A stretch of 52,759 nt of DNA from Nemertoderma westbladi (lineage: Eukaryota > Animalia > Xenacoelomorpha). Positions within the stretch are counted from its first letter, which is position 1. Each line of letters opens with the position of its first letter. The notes under the pieces are model-generated. The model had not been told where the DNA came from. It worked only from the letters and a program-made list of their open reading frames with translations, and searched no databases. The stretch spans positions 1 through 52,759 of the forward strand of contig JAUCBJ010008413.1 in NCBI GenBank assembly GCA_032718475.1, in the 5' to 3' direction. Positions 11,674-24,502 of this stretch are shown here, one piece after another. A program made the position numbers and the translations under genes.

Positions 11674-13091
11674 GCCAATGCGTTGTCCGACTCACAAGTA
11701 AACCGTTCCATTGTCTGATTGTTGTCTTTTCAGAGTTCAGGTCGTCAGTCGTGCCGGTTCGAGAAGCAAATAATAAAATTTTAAACAGATATACTGATAT
11801 AGGCCTATTCCAGTATTCGAATCACTGAATAAGCGAGATGCAGTACTGCAGTGCTGCCTAACAGTAAACACCCAAACCCAATTACACTACTACAGTACTA
11901 CATAACATCATGAGTCACACTGTACTGTTACTGCAGTACTGTAGGTCTAATGCAGGTGGAGGCCCTGAAACACGTTAGTCTTTAAGCGACCTTCAGCAGA
12001 TCCTAGCTCCAGTTCATCTCACTCGAGTGGCGGCCCAAACCCTAATTAAAATTCAAAATGTATTCACGTTTGCTTAGGGTTTACCTTAATGCAATTGCAA
12101 AGTCTATTCACTAGTCGCATGTTCAGGTTGTTCCATGAAATGCAGCCAAATCGTCGGTAAAAAGGCATTTATGAATGCGGATTCCGGACAATGTCTCCCA
12201 TTTTCATATTATTAAAGGCTGATGTGATTTTTGTACAAAAACATAGACATTTTATTTTTCGGATGTAAAAGGGAATTTGTGTAAAATCATATAAAGGTAA
12301 AAAGCCATGTTGTGTATGCCTACTGCTGATGTACATCCACATACAGTACCTAGACCCTACCGGTTGGTGATATTAGAGTCGATCGGACTGTACACAGTCA
12401 GACTGACAGGGTAAATTGAAAAATAATCGTATTAGTAGTACAGTATAGTGTCTGTCAACAACTGTACTAAAGGCAAAAGGTCATTTGATGGTTTCATTGC
12501 CATCAACTTATATCGATCATAGAATGTCAAGTAACTATGAGATAAAACTGATAAGAGTGTTCACCAGATACCAAATATATTAAATTTGGTTGAACAAATA
12601 AAGACTTTACAAATATTACGTTTTCATTTTCTTTATTGAACCTTTTTCAAATAAATTTATGTTATTTTATATTCAAGGTATTATTTTTTTACTCTGCGTC
12701 TAGAACATCCTGTATACGGCGTCTTAAAAATATTTGTTAGTAATAATAAAATGGCAAAATTTGAAACAGAGACAGTTTTACCCCCCCACCCACCCCCCCC
12801 CCCCCCCCCCTACCCGCTTCTTAGTGGGTGAGTCAGAATTTATTTGGTAATAACAGGAATCAATTTGGTTTACATATATCCAACTTTCCCCACATCCATT
12901 TCACACTTCGCGATAATATAATGTTATAATGTCGTTAATGTAAATATTTGGTTCTTTAAATTTCTTCTGGTAATCTAACTGTTTTTAAATTTAATCAACA
13001 TAATCTACAACTAACTACATACAGAATTTTAGTTTATCTGTGTCCAACAATATCACCGGAAGTGGATAAACGTTTCTTACAAACATTACAG

Positions 13092-13340
13092 TTACAGAGT
13101 CTCCCCACTGCGGATACATTTGTGGCTCGATACCTGATGTCGTTGGTAGAAACATTTACCGCATGTATCGCAGCTAAACGGTCGTTCCCCTGTATGTAAT
13201 CTCTTGTGAGCGTTTAGATTGCCGCTCACTGTAAATCCCTTCCCGCACGTGTCGCACACGAACGGACGCTCTCCGGAATGCGTCCGCTTGTGCGAGGTTA
13301 GGTTGCACAATGCACAGGTGAGAGAAACGTTTGTTGCAGA
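13092..13340 (-). pseudogene. ZNF-B0 truncated exon 2 (about 2.5 fingers remain)
   Basis: Matches the 3' half of B1 exon 2 but lacks the acceptor and finger 1. It joins the satellite directly and carries a 7-bp insertion (TGCACAATGCACA) at ~13304-13316. Confidence 0.85.
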
Positions 13341-16300
13341 AACAACTATTAAAGAAATCTACTAGCAAACATCTCTGTACACACAATAGTAGGAAAGAGC
13401 TGGAACACAGTAAACCTTGGTTCAACTCCGAATGTCGCAAAGAAACAACTATTAGATAAATCTACTAGCAAACATATCTCTACACACAATAGTAGACAAG
13501 AGCTGGGACACAGTAAACCTTGGTTCAACTCCGAATGTCGCAAAGAAACAACTATTAAAGAAATCTACTAGCAAACATATCTCTACACACAATAGTAGAC
13601 AAGAGCTGGAACACAGTAAACCTTGGTTCAAGTCCGAATGTCGCAAAGAAACAACTATTAGATAAATCTACCTTCAAACATCTCTCTACACACAATAGTA
13701 GGAAAGAGCTGGAACACAGTAAACCTTGGTTCAACTCCGAATGTCGCAAAGAAACAACTATTAGATAAATCTACCTTCAAACATCTCTCTACACACAATA
13801 GTAGATAAGAGTTGGAACACAGTAAACCTTGGTTGAACTCCGAATGTCGCAAAGAAACAACTATTAGAGAAATCTACTAGCAAACATCTCTCTACACACA
13901 ATAGTAGGAAAGAGCGGGAACACAGTAAACCTTGGTTCAACTCCGAATGTCGCAAAGAAACAACTATTAGATAAATCTACTAGCAAACATATCTCTACAC
14001 ACAATAGTAGACAAGAGCTGGGACACAGTAAACCTTGGTTCAACTCCGAATGTCGCAAAGAAACAACTATTAAAGAAATCTACTAGCAAACATATCTCTA
14101 CACACAATAGTAGACAAGAGCTAGAACACAGTAAACCTTGGTTCAAGTCCGAATGTCGCAAAGAAACAACTATTAGATAAATCTACCTTCAAACATCTCT
14201 CTACACACAATAGTAGGAAAGAGCTGGAACACAGTAAACCTTGGTTCAACTCCGAATGTCGCAAAGAAACAACTATTAGATAAATCTACCTTCAAACATC
14301 TCTCTACACACAATAGTAGGAAAGAGCTGGAACACAGTAAACCTTGGTTCAACTCCGAATGTCGCAAAGAAACAACTATTAGATAAATCTACTAGCAAAC
14401 ATATCTCTACACACAATAGTAGACAAGAGCTGGGACACAGTAAACCTTGGTTCAACTCCGAATGTCGCAAAGAAACAACTATTAAAGAAATCTACTAGCA
14501 AACATATCTCTACACACAATAGTAGACAAGAGCTAGAACACAGTAAACCTTGGTTCAAGTCCGAATGTCGCAAAGAAACAACTATTAGATAAATCTACCT
14601 TCAAACATCTCTCTACACACAATAGTAGGAAAGAGCTGGAACACAGTAAACCTTGGTTCAACTCCGAATGTCGCAAAGAAACAACTATTAAAGAAATCTA
14701 CTAGCAAACATATCTCTACACACAATAGTAGACAAGAGCTGGAAAACAGTAAACCTTGGTTCAACTCCGAATGTCGCAAAGAAACAACTATTAGAGAAAT
14801 CTACTAGCAAACATCTCTCTACAACACACAATAGTAGACAAGAGGTGGAACACAGTAAACCTTGGTTCAACTCCGAATGTCGCAAAGAAACAACTATTAG
14901 AGAAATCTACTAGCAAACATCTCTCTACAACACACAATAGTAGACAAGAGCTGGAACACAGTAAACCTTGGTTCAAGTCCGAATGTCGCAAAGAAACAAC
15001 TATTAGATAAATCTACCTTCAAACATCTCTCTACACACAATAGTAGACAAGAGCTGGAACACAGTAAACCTTGGTTCAACTCCGAATGTCGCAAAGAAAC
15101 AACTATTAAAGAAATCTACTAGCAAACATCTCTCTACACACAATAGTAGGCAAGAGCTGGAACACAGTAAACCTTGGTTCAACTCCGAATGTCGCAAAGA
15201 AACAACTATTAAAGAAATCTACTAGCAAACATCTCTCTACACACAATAGTAGACAAGAGCTGGAACACAGTAAACCTTGGTTCAAGTCCGAATGTCGCAA
15301 AGAAACAACTATTAGATAAATCTACCTTCAAACATCTCTCTACACACAATAGTAGACAAGAGCTGGAACACAGTAAACCTTGGTTCAACTCCGAATGTCG
15401 CAAAGAAACAACTATTAAAGAAATCTACTAGCAAACATCTCTCTACACACAATAGTAGACAAGAGCTGGAACACAGTAAACCTTGGTTCAAGTCCGAATG
15501 TCGCAAAGAAACAACTATTAGATAAATCTACCTTCAAACATCTCTCTACACACAATAGTAGACAAGAGCTGGAACACAGTAAACCTTGGTTCAACTCCGA
15601 ATGTCGCAAAGAAACAACTATTAAAGAAATCTACTAGCAAACATCTCTCTACACACAATAGTAGGCAAGAGCTGGAACACAGTAAACCTTGGTTCAACTC
15701 CGAATGTCGCAAAGAAACAACTATTAGATAAATCTACCTTCAAACATCTCTCTACACACAATAGTAGACAAGAGCTGGAACACAGTAAACCTTGGTTCAA
15801 CTCCGAATGTCGCAAAGAAACAACTATTAAAGAAATCTACTAGCAAACATATCTCTACACACAATAGTAGACAAGAGCTGGAAAACAGTAAACCTTGGTT
15901 CAACTCCGAATGTCGCAAAGAAACAACTATTAGAGAAATCTACTAGCAAACATCTCTCTACAACACACAATAGTAGACAAGAGGTGGAACACAGTAAACC
16001 TTGGTTCAACTCCGAATGTCGCAAAGAAACAACTATTAGAGAAATCTACTAGCAAACATCTCTCTACAACACACAATAGTAGACAAGAGCTGGAACACAG
16101 TAAACCTTGGTTCAAGTCCGAATGTCGCAAAGAAACAACTATTAGATAAATCTACCTTCAAACATCTCTCTACACACAATAGTAGACAAGAGCTGGAACA
16201 CAGTAAACCTTGGTTCAACTCCGAATGTCGCAAAGAAACAACTATTAAAGAAATCTACTAGCAAACATCTCTCTACAACACACAATAGTAGACAAGAGCT

Positions 16301-19300
16301 AGAACACAGTAAACCTTGGTTCAACTCCGAATGTCGCAAAGAAACAACTATTAAAGAAATCTACTAGCAAACATCTCTCTACAACACACAATAGTAGACA
16401 AGAGCTGGAACACAGTAAACCTTGGTTCAACTCCGAATGTCGCAAAGAAACAACTATTAGATAAATCTACCTTCAAACATCTCTCTACACACAATAGTAG
16501 GAAAGAGCTGGAACACAGTAAACCTTGGTTCAACTCCGAATGTCGCAAAGAAACAACTATTAGATAAATCTACCTTCAAACATCTCTCTACACACAATAG
16601 TAGACAAGAGCTGGAACACAGTAAACCTTGGTTCAACTCCGAATGTCGCAAAGAAACAACTATTAGATAAATCTACCTTCAAACATCTCTCTACACACAA
16701 TAGTAGGAAAGAGCTGGAACACAGTAAACCTTGGTTCAACTCCGAATGTCGCAAAGAAACAACTATTAAAGAAATCTACTTGCAAACATCTCTCAACAAC
16801 ACACAATAGTAGACAAGAGCTGGAACACAGTAAACCTTGGTTCAAGTCCGAATGTCGCAAAGAAACAACTATTAGATAAATCTACCTTCAAACATCTCTC
16901 TACACACAATAGTAGGAAAGAGCTGGAACACAGTAAACCTTGGTTCAACTCCGAATGTCGCAAAGAAACAACTATTAAAGAAATCTACTAGCAAACATAT
17001 CTCTACACACAATAGTAGACAAGAGCTAGAACACAGTAAACCTTGGTTCAAGTCCGAATGTCGCAAAGAAACAACTATTAGATAAATCTACCTTCAAACA
17101 TCTCTCTACACACAATAGTAGGAAAGAGCTGGAACACAGTAAACCTTGGTTCAACTCCGAATGTCGCAAAGAAACAACTATTAGATAAATCTACCTTCAA
17201 ACATCTCTCTACACACAATAGTAGGAAAGAGCTGGAACACAGTAAACCTTGGTTCAACTCCGAATGTCGCAAAGAAACAACTATTAGATAAATCTACCTT
17301 CAAACATCTCTCTACACACAATAGTAGGAAAGAGCTAGAACACAGCAAACCTTGGTTCAAGTCCGAATGTCGCAAAGAAACAACTATTAGATAAATCTAC
17401 CTTCAAACATCTCTCTACACACAATAGTAGGAAAGAGCTGGAACACAGTAAACCTTGGTTCAACTCCGAATGTCGCAAAGAAACAACTATTAGATAAATC
17501 TACCTTCAAACATCTCTCTACACACAATAGTAGGAAAGAGCTGGAACACATTAAACCTTGGTTCAACTCCGAATGTCGCAAAGAAACAACTATTAGATAA
17601 ATCTACTAGCAAACATATCTCTACACACAATAGTAGACAAGAGCTGGGACACAGTAAACCTTGGTTCAACTCCGAATGTCGCAAAGAAACAACTATTAAA
17701 GAAATCTACTAGCAAACATATCTCTACACACAATAGTAGACAAGAGCTAGAACACAGTAAACCTTGGTTCAAGTCCGAATGTCGCAAAGAAACAACTATT
17801 AGATAAATCTACCTTCAAACATCTCTCTACACACAATAGTAGGAAAGAGCTGGAACACAGTAAACCTTGGTTCAACTCCGAATGTCGCAAAGAAACAACT
17901 ATTAAAGAAATCTACTAGCAAACATATCTCTACACACAATAGTAGACAAGAGCTGGAAAACAGTAAACCTTGGTTCAACTCCGAATGTCGCAAAGAAACA
18001 ACTATTAGAGAAATCTACTAGCAAACATCTCTCTACAACACACAATAGTAGACAAGAGGTGGAACACAGTAAACCTTGGTTCAACTCCGAATGTCGCAAA
18101 GAAACAACTATTAGAGAAATCTACTAGCAAACATCTCTCTACAACACACAATAGTAGACAAGAGCTGGAACACAGTAAACCTTGGTTCAAGTCCGAATGT
18201 CGCAAAGAAACAACTATTAGATAAATCTACCTTCAAACATCTCTCTACACACAATAGTAGACAAGAGCTGGAACACAGTAAACCTTGGTTCAACTCCGAA
18301 TGTCGCAAAGAAACAACTATTAAAGAAATCTACTTGCAAACATCTCTCTACAACACACAATAGTAGACAAGAGCTGGAACACAGTAAACCTTGGTTCAAG
18401 TCCGAATGTCGCAAAGAAACAACTATTAGATAAATCTACCTTCAAACATCTCTCTACACACAATAGTAGACAAGAGCTGGAACACAGTAAACCTTGGTTC
18501 AACTCCGAATGTCGCAAAGAAACAACTATTAAAGAAATCTACTAGCAAACAACTCTCTACAACACACAATAGTAGACAAGAGCTAGAACACAGTAAACCT
18601 TGGTTCAACTCCGAATGTCGCAAAGAAACAACTATTAGATAAATCTACCTTCAAACATCTCTCTACACACAATAGTAGGAAAGAGCTGGAACACAGTAAA
18701 CCTTGGTTCAACTCCGAATGTCGCAAAGAAACAACTATTAGATAAATCTACCTTCAAACATCTCTCTACACACAATAGTAGACAAGAGCTGGAACACAGT
18801 AAACCTTGGTTCAACTCCGAATGTCGCAAAGAAACAACTATTAGATAAATCTACCTTCAAACATCTCTCTACACACAATAGTAGGAAAGAGCTGGAACAC
18901 AGTAAACCTTGGTTCAACTCCGAATGTCGCAAAGAAACAACTATTAAAGAAATCTACTTGCAAACATCTCTCAACAACACACAATAGTAGACAAGAGCTG
19001 GAACACAGTAAACCTTGGTTCAAGTCCGAATGTCGCAAAGAAACAACTATTAGATAAATCTACCTTCAAACATCTCTCTACACACAATAGTAGGAAAGAG
19101 CTGGAACACAGTAAACCTTGGTTCAACTCCGAATGTCGCAAAGAAACAACTATTAAAGAAATCTACTAGCAAACATATCTCTACACACAATAGTAGACAA
19201 GAGCTAGAACACAGTAAACCTTGGTTCAAGTCCGAATGTCGCAAAGAAACAACTATTAGATAAATCTACCTTCAAACATCTCTCTACACACAATAGTAGG

Positions 19301-21005
19301 AAAGAGCTGGAACACAGTAAACCTTGGTTCAACTCCGAATGTCGCAAAGAAACAACTATTAGATAAATCTACCTTCAAACATCTCTCTACACACAATAGT
19401 AGGAAAGAGCTGGAACACAGCAAACCTTGGTTCAACTCCGAATGTCGCAAAGAAACAACTATTAGATAAATCTACCTTCAAACATCTCTCTACACACAAT
19501 AGTAGGAAAGAGCTGGAACACAGTAAACCTTGGTTCAACTCCGAATGTCGCAAAGAAACAACTATTAGATAAATCTACTAGCAAACATATCTCTACACAC
19601 AATAGTAGACAAGAGCTGGGACACAGTAAACCTTGGTTCAACTCCGAATGTCGCAAAGAAACAACTATTAAAGAAATCTCCTAGCAAACATATCTCTACA
19701 CACAATAGTAGACAAGAGCTAGAACACAGTAAACCTTGGTTCAAGTCCGAATGTCGCAAAGAAACAACTATTAGATAAATCTACCTTCAAACATCTCTCT
19801 ACACACAATAGTAGGAAAGAGCTGGAACACAGTAAACCTTGGTTCAACTCCGAATGTCGCAAAGAAACAACTATTAGATAAATCTACCTTCAAACATCTC
19901 TCTACACACAATAGTAGACAAGAGCTGGAACACAGTAAACCTTGGTTCAACTCCGAATATCGCAAAGAAACAACTATTAAAGAAATCTACTAGCAAACAT
20001 ATCTCTACACACAATAGTAGACAAGAGCTAGAACACAGTAAACCTTGGTTCAAGTCCGAATGTCGCAAAGAAACAACTATTAGATAAATCTACCTTCAAA
20101 CATCTCTCTACACACAATAGTAGGAAAGAGCTGGAACACAGTAAACCTTGGTTCAACTCCGAATGTCGCAAAGAAACAACTATTAGATAAATCTACCTTC
20201 AAACATCTCTCTACACACAATAGTAGACAAGAGCTGGAACACAGTAAACCTTGGTTCAACTCCGAATGTCGCAAAGAAACAACTATTAGATAAATCTACC
20301 TTCAAACATCTCTCTACACACAATAGTAGGAAAGAGCTGGAACACAGTAAACCTTGGTTCAACTCCGAATGTCGCAAAGAAACAACTATTAAAGAAATCT
20401 ACTTGCAAACATCTCTCAACAACACACAATAGTAGACAAGAGCTGGAACACAGTAAACCTTGGTTCAACTCCGAATGTCGCAAAGAAACAACTATTAAAG
20501 AAATCTACTTGCAAACATCTCTCTACACACAATAGTAGACAAGAGCTGGAACATAGTAAACCTTGGTTCAACTCCGAATGTCGCAAAGAAACAACTATTA
20601 AAGAAATCTACTAGCAAAAATCTCTCTACACACAATAGTAGGCAAGAGCTGGAACACAGTAAACCTTGGTTCAACTCCGAATGTCGCAAAGAAACAACTA
20701 TTAAAGAAATCTACTTGCAAACATCTCTCTACAACACACAATAGTAGGCAAGAGCTGGAACACAGTAAACCTTGGTTCAACTCCGAATGTCGCAAAGAAA
20801 CAACTATTAAAGAAATCTACTTGCAAACATCTCTCAACAACACACAATAGTAGGCAAGAGCTGGAACACAGTAAACCTTGGTTCAACTCCGAATGTCGCA
20901 AAGAAACAACTATTATAGAAATCTACTAGCAAACATCTCTCTACACAGAATAGTAGGTAAGAGCTGGAACACAGTAAGTAAACCTTGGTTCAACTTCGAA
21001 TGTTG
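13338..21005. repeat. 103/106-bp satellite array, ~74 units, in the intron position of ZNF-B0
   Basis: Unit AAGAAACAACTATTA(G/A)A(T/G)AAATCTAC(CTT/TAG)CAAACATCTCTCTACACACAATAGTAG(AC/GA)AAGAGCTGGAACACAGTAAACCTTGGTTCAACTCCGAATGTCGCA. The ORF track steps by 103 or 106 bp. Copy number is estimated as length divided by period. Confidence 0.97.
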
Positions 21006-21760
21006 CCACTCACCACTCACCAGCCCAGCGCTCCAAGGATTGAAGCGTGAAGCGCAGATAAAAGTGTGTCGCAGTTAGCGGAATCAGAGTATAATTTACA
21101 TCATCGGCAAAGACCTTAACTTTAATTTTACCTAGTGTAATAAGCAACTCAGGAAGGTCATTAATGAAAAGAATAAAATTGATCAGTCCGAGGAAACTGC
21201 CCTGGAATGTGCCAGATTTAACAATGGAAGGTAGCGAAAATTCGTTACCAACTAAAATGCGTTGTGATCTGTCTGAGAAAAAAGCACTAAGCCACGCTAG
21301 CAAAGCTTCTGCGATGCCGTATGCTGAAACCTTGCACATAAGATTAGAATGCACAATATATCAAGTGTAGTCGTGTCGTACAGTCGTTATCGAGTGTAGT
21401 GTACCAGAGGCATATGGAGCAGTGTGCAAGTCGATTTACGTTCTAGGAATCCATGTTGTTCTGTGGAAATCAATTTATGGGCACGCAAGTATGAAACTAG
21501 GGTGTCTTTCCCAAACATTTCCATGATTTTGCATGATGGATAGATCACAGGATCCATTTGTGTGGATCATAGGGTTCACCTTCTGTGAATAATGGAACTA
21601 CAACAGCCAGTGAGCCAAATAGATGGAAGTGTGTGTTAGTAACACAGATGGTGAGCACAGATAAAGGAGCAGTGATAGAGATAGATAAACGAGAAAATAT
21701 AATACTCGGCAAGTTGTCGGGTGTCCTACTTTTCTTGGCAGGAATGTTAGTTGTTTAGAA
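21006..21760 (-). mobile_element. Decayed CR1/L2-type LINE reverse-transcriptase fragment in the ZNF-B0 intron
   Basis: Motifs WLSAFFSDRSQR, SGTFQGSFLG..FILFINDLP, FADD and HKLISTEQHGF, with frameshifts. Confidence 0.85.
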
Positions 21761-21954
21761 CAGTAAGAACCCTAACAGGTGAAAAATCTACAGTAGACAA
21801 GAAACAGCGTATTGCTATTGTCATCGTTACAATTTTCACCAAGAACTTCAGCAAATAATTTAGCTTTAGTTTTGTCATCCACTATGGTGTTTCAAGTTTT
21901 CCTATGCAGGCAATACGGACTAAATGTTGTTTAATCTCACATATAGTAACTCAC

Positions 21955-22918
21955 CGATACCGGAACCTGTTGATTTGGTTCTTAATGGGAGATTGTAGGT
22001 GTTGGGAAGGTCTAAGTCGAAGTCGCCTAGAGGCTGAGTAGATATGGGGGTCGAGTAGTTGGTGAGTGGGGAGAGACCCTGGGTGGTGTGGGCGTGGGGG
22101 GTCGATGTGTCTGTATGGATTCCATGTGGTCTATTTATATCGAAAAATAATTCATTTAAGACATCGCCAACCTCACCTACGTCGGGTTTATATTCCAGTT
22201 CGTCTTCCGTCTCAATGAATATGATTTCCGGAGCATCGGATGACTCTGATAGAGGTTGTGTAGAATTATTGGTTGAGTTGGTTGTGGTTACTGTGGGGAT
22301 ATACGATATGTTGTTATCAGATGATAAAGTTAAACTGGCTGTATTATTAGACGATTCAGATACAATGGGGTTTGGTTTGGTGTCTATCAGACTCAGTTTG
22401 GGGTTCATTTGTATTTGATTTCTGGGGAGGTCTACCTGGTTGAGATATGGTAACCTCACCACAGGGTGCATGGATGAGGGTTCGGTACGTGGCGTGTGTG
22501 GATTCGAGTTTCGAGATTTAGGGTGGAAACCAATTCCGGTCGCAGGATTGTCATTGTGGCGGAACCTAGTACCGCCATTTGTCGTCGCTGATGTCCTCAA
22601 TGGATTCTGCGGCAGTGGCAGACTGGTCTCGCGGTACCCCGTAGTCGGGACAGTGGTCGGTGATTGAGTTATGTATTGGGGCAAAGCCGAGGTGGTGGCG
22701 GCGTTGTTAGAGGGATAGGAGAGTGAACGCTGCAGCCACTCAGTAATGCGACCAGCCGTACAATTCTTAACAACATAATCGTCCAGAAAACACGAGTTTA
22801 CTTCCAAGTATTCTTCGAGAAATCTCCGCACAAAGGTGTCATTTTCTGAACAGATGTTCACGAACATAGATTTGGTAATTATCAATGCGTTGTCCGACTC
22901 ACAAGTAAACCGTTCCAT
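21955..22918 (-). pseudogene. ZNF-B0 exon 1 (open frame, but the partner exon 2 is destroyed)
   Basis: Intact ORF from ATG 22918 to the donor GTGAGT at 21954, nearly identical to B1 exon 1. Confidence 0.72.
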
Positions 22919-23424
22919 TGTCTGATTGTTGTCTTTTCAGAGTTCAGGTAGTGCTGGTTCGAGAAGAAAATAAAAAATTTTAAACAGATATAGGCCTATT
23001 CGAATCACTGAATCAGTGAAATACAGTACTGCAGTGCTGCCTAATAGTAAACACCCAAACCCAATTACACTACAATATAACCAGGTGTTTCAAAAAGGTG
23101 GACTGTAGGTGTAGGCCTACACAGAAAACATGGACAGGTGGACAGACCAATCACTTACTTGATTATTAGATTAATAAAGACTGCGTTCCCGTGTCACAGA
23201 ATTTACAAAATTTGCATAAACCCACAAAGCATTTATAGAACAACACTCGAAAATTTAGAAAGCATGTGTAATTTAGATAATTTTATATGTGCACAATATA
23301 AAAGAGAAAATAAATATTTATTAAATTATAAGTACACATTTAGATCAATCCAGAATGTTGTAATACATACAAATGCTACTAAATGTTTAGTAAGCATTTG
23401 AATGATTTTTAAAATTAGAAATGG

Positions 23425-23655
23425 CACATTCCACATTCAGCGTTTAAAAAAATCATACAAATACTTGCTAAGGATTTTGCATGGATTTAATGGTTTGTTG
23501 AGATTCAAATAGGCATGTTGCATTTAGAAAACATATAAATACTTGCAATGGATTTTGTATAGATTTGATGGTTTGTTTAAATTCAAAAAGTCACATTTTG
23601 CGTTTAGAAAAACATATAAATACTTACAATGCATTTTGTATGTATTTAAAAGTGC
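23425..23655. repeat. Degenerate ~80-bp AT-rich repeat, ~3 units (also at ~30180-30405 and ~48500-48730)
   Basis: Recurrent TTTAGAAAA(A)CATATAAATACTT..AATG.ATTTTGTAT motif. Confidence 0.55.
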
Positions 23656-24329
23656 TGACTGACTGTTTATCATGCTTCATTGTAGTAAAAGATATGAATA
23701 CTTACAAAATACAGTACTACCGTATTTTGAAAATGTTATGTTGTACAACAGTATGTACATACATTTCTGTATACTGTAGCTGTTTGGTTCAAGCAGTGAA
23801 GTGTCTATTTCTGTCAGTCTCACCTCTCAGCCTCCATGTGTGGGGGGGGGGGGGGGGGGGGGGGTGGGGCGTCGGTTGTCAACCACTATTGTTTATGATA
23901 TTTAAATGATTACAAAAAATTAAATAAGCTCACAGATTATTTCCAAAAATTATGTTGAATTAAAAATAAGGTTCACATGCATGGTTTGAGACACAGGGTC
24001 ATATTGTCCACGTCTCGAAAATTTGAAACTATTGGTTCTGCTAACACTGATAAAATTTAGGAACAAAGTTCGCACGTTTAGGAAAGTGATTCGCTCGCAA
24101 AAAATGGAATACATTTCACAATATGAGAATTGGATAAATATTCAATTTAGAAATGGTGATCAAATCAAAATGTTCAAGAAAAAATCTTGGATTTTTCGAA
24201 AAAAAAAAATTAAAGTTTAGAAGTGTTGATAAAGTTAATATTACTTGAATTTCATAAAACTATAGGACATTCAAAGGAAATCAAAATTTAAAATATATTC
24301 ATGAAATAAAATATCGAGGTGTAATTGTA

Positions 24330-24502
24330 CGGGGGGCAATATTTCCGGGGGCAATAGTCCACGGGGCAATTGTCCTCGGGTTGCAATTGTCATCGAGGGG
24401 CAATTGTCCGAGGGGCAATTGTCCGGGGGCAATTGTCCGGGGGCAATTGTCCGGGGGCAATTGTCCGGGGGCAATTGTCCGGGGGCAATTGCCCCCGGAC
24501 TA
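24330..24502. repeat. 14-bp GC-rich minisatellite (CCGGGGGCAATTGT)n
   Basis: About 11 units here. Shorter versions occur at ~31085-31195 and ~49408-49518. Confidence 0.9.

Noticed and set aside
8943-11711. PRDM9 or KRAB-ZNF orthology
   Set aside because: No SET/PR, KRAB or SSXRD motifs were recognised. The similarity is limited to architecture and evolutionary pattern.
13338-21005. CRISPR-like array, or a cluster of ~64-aa Cys-rich peptide genes
   Set aside because: There are no unique spacers and the whole unit is repeated. No cas genes are present and the context is eukaryotic. The ORFs start at TTG, overlap, and arise because 103 is not divisible by 3.
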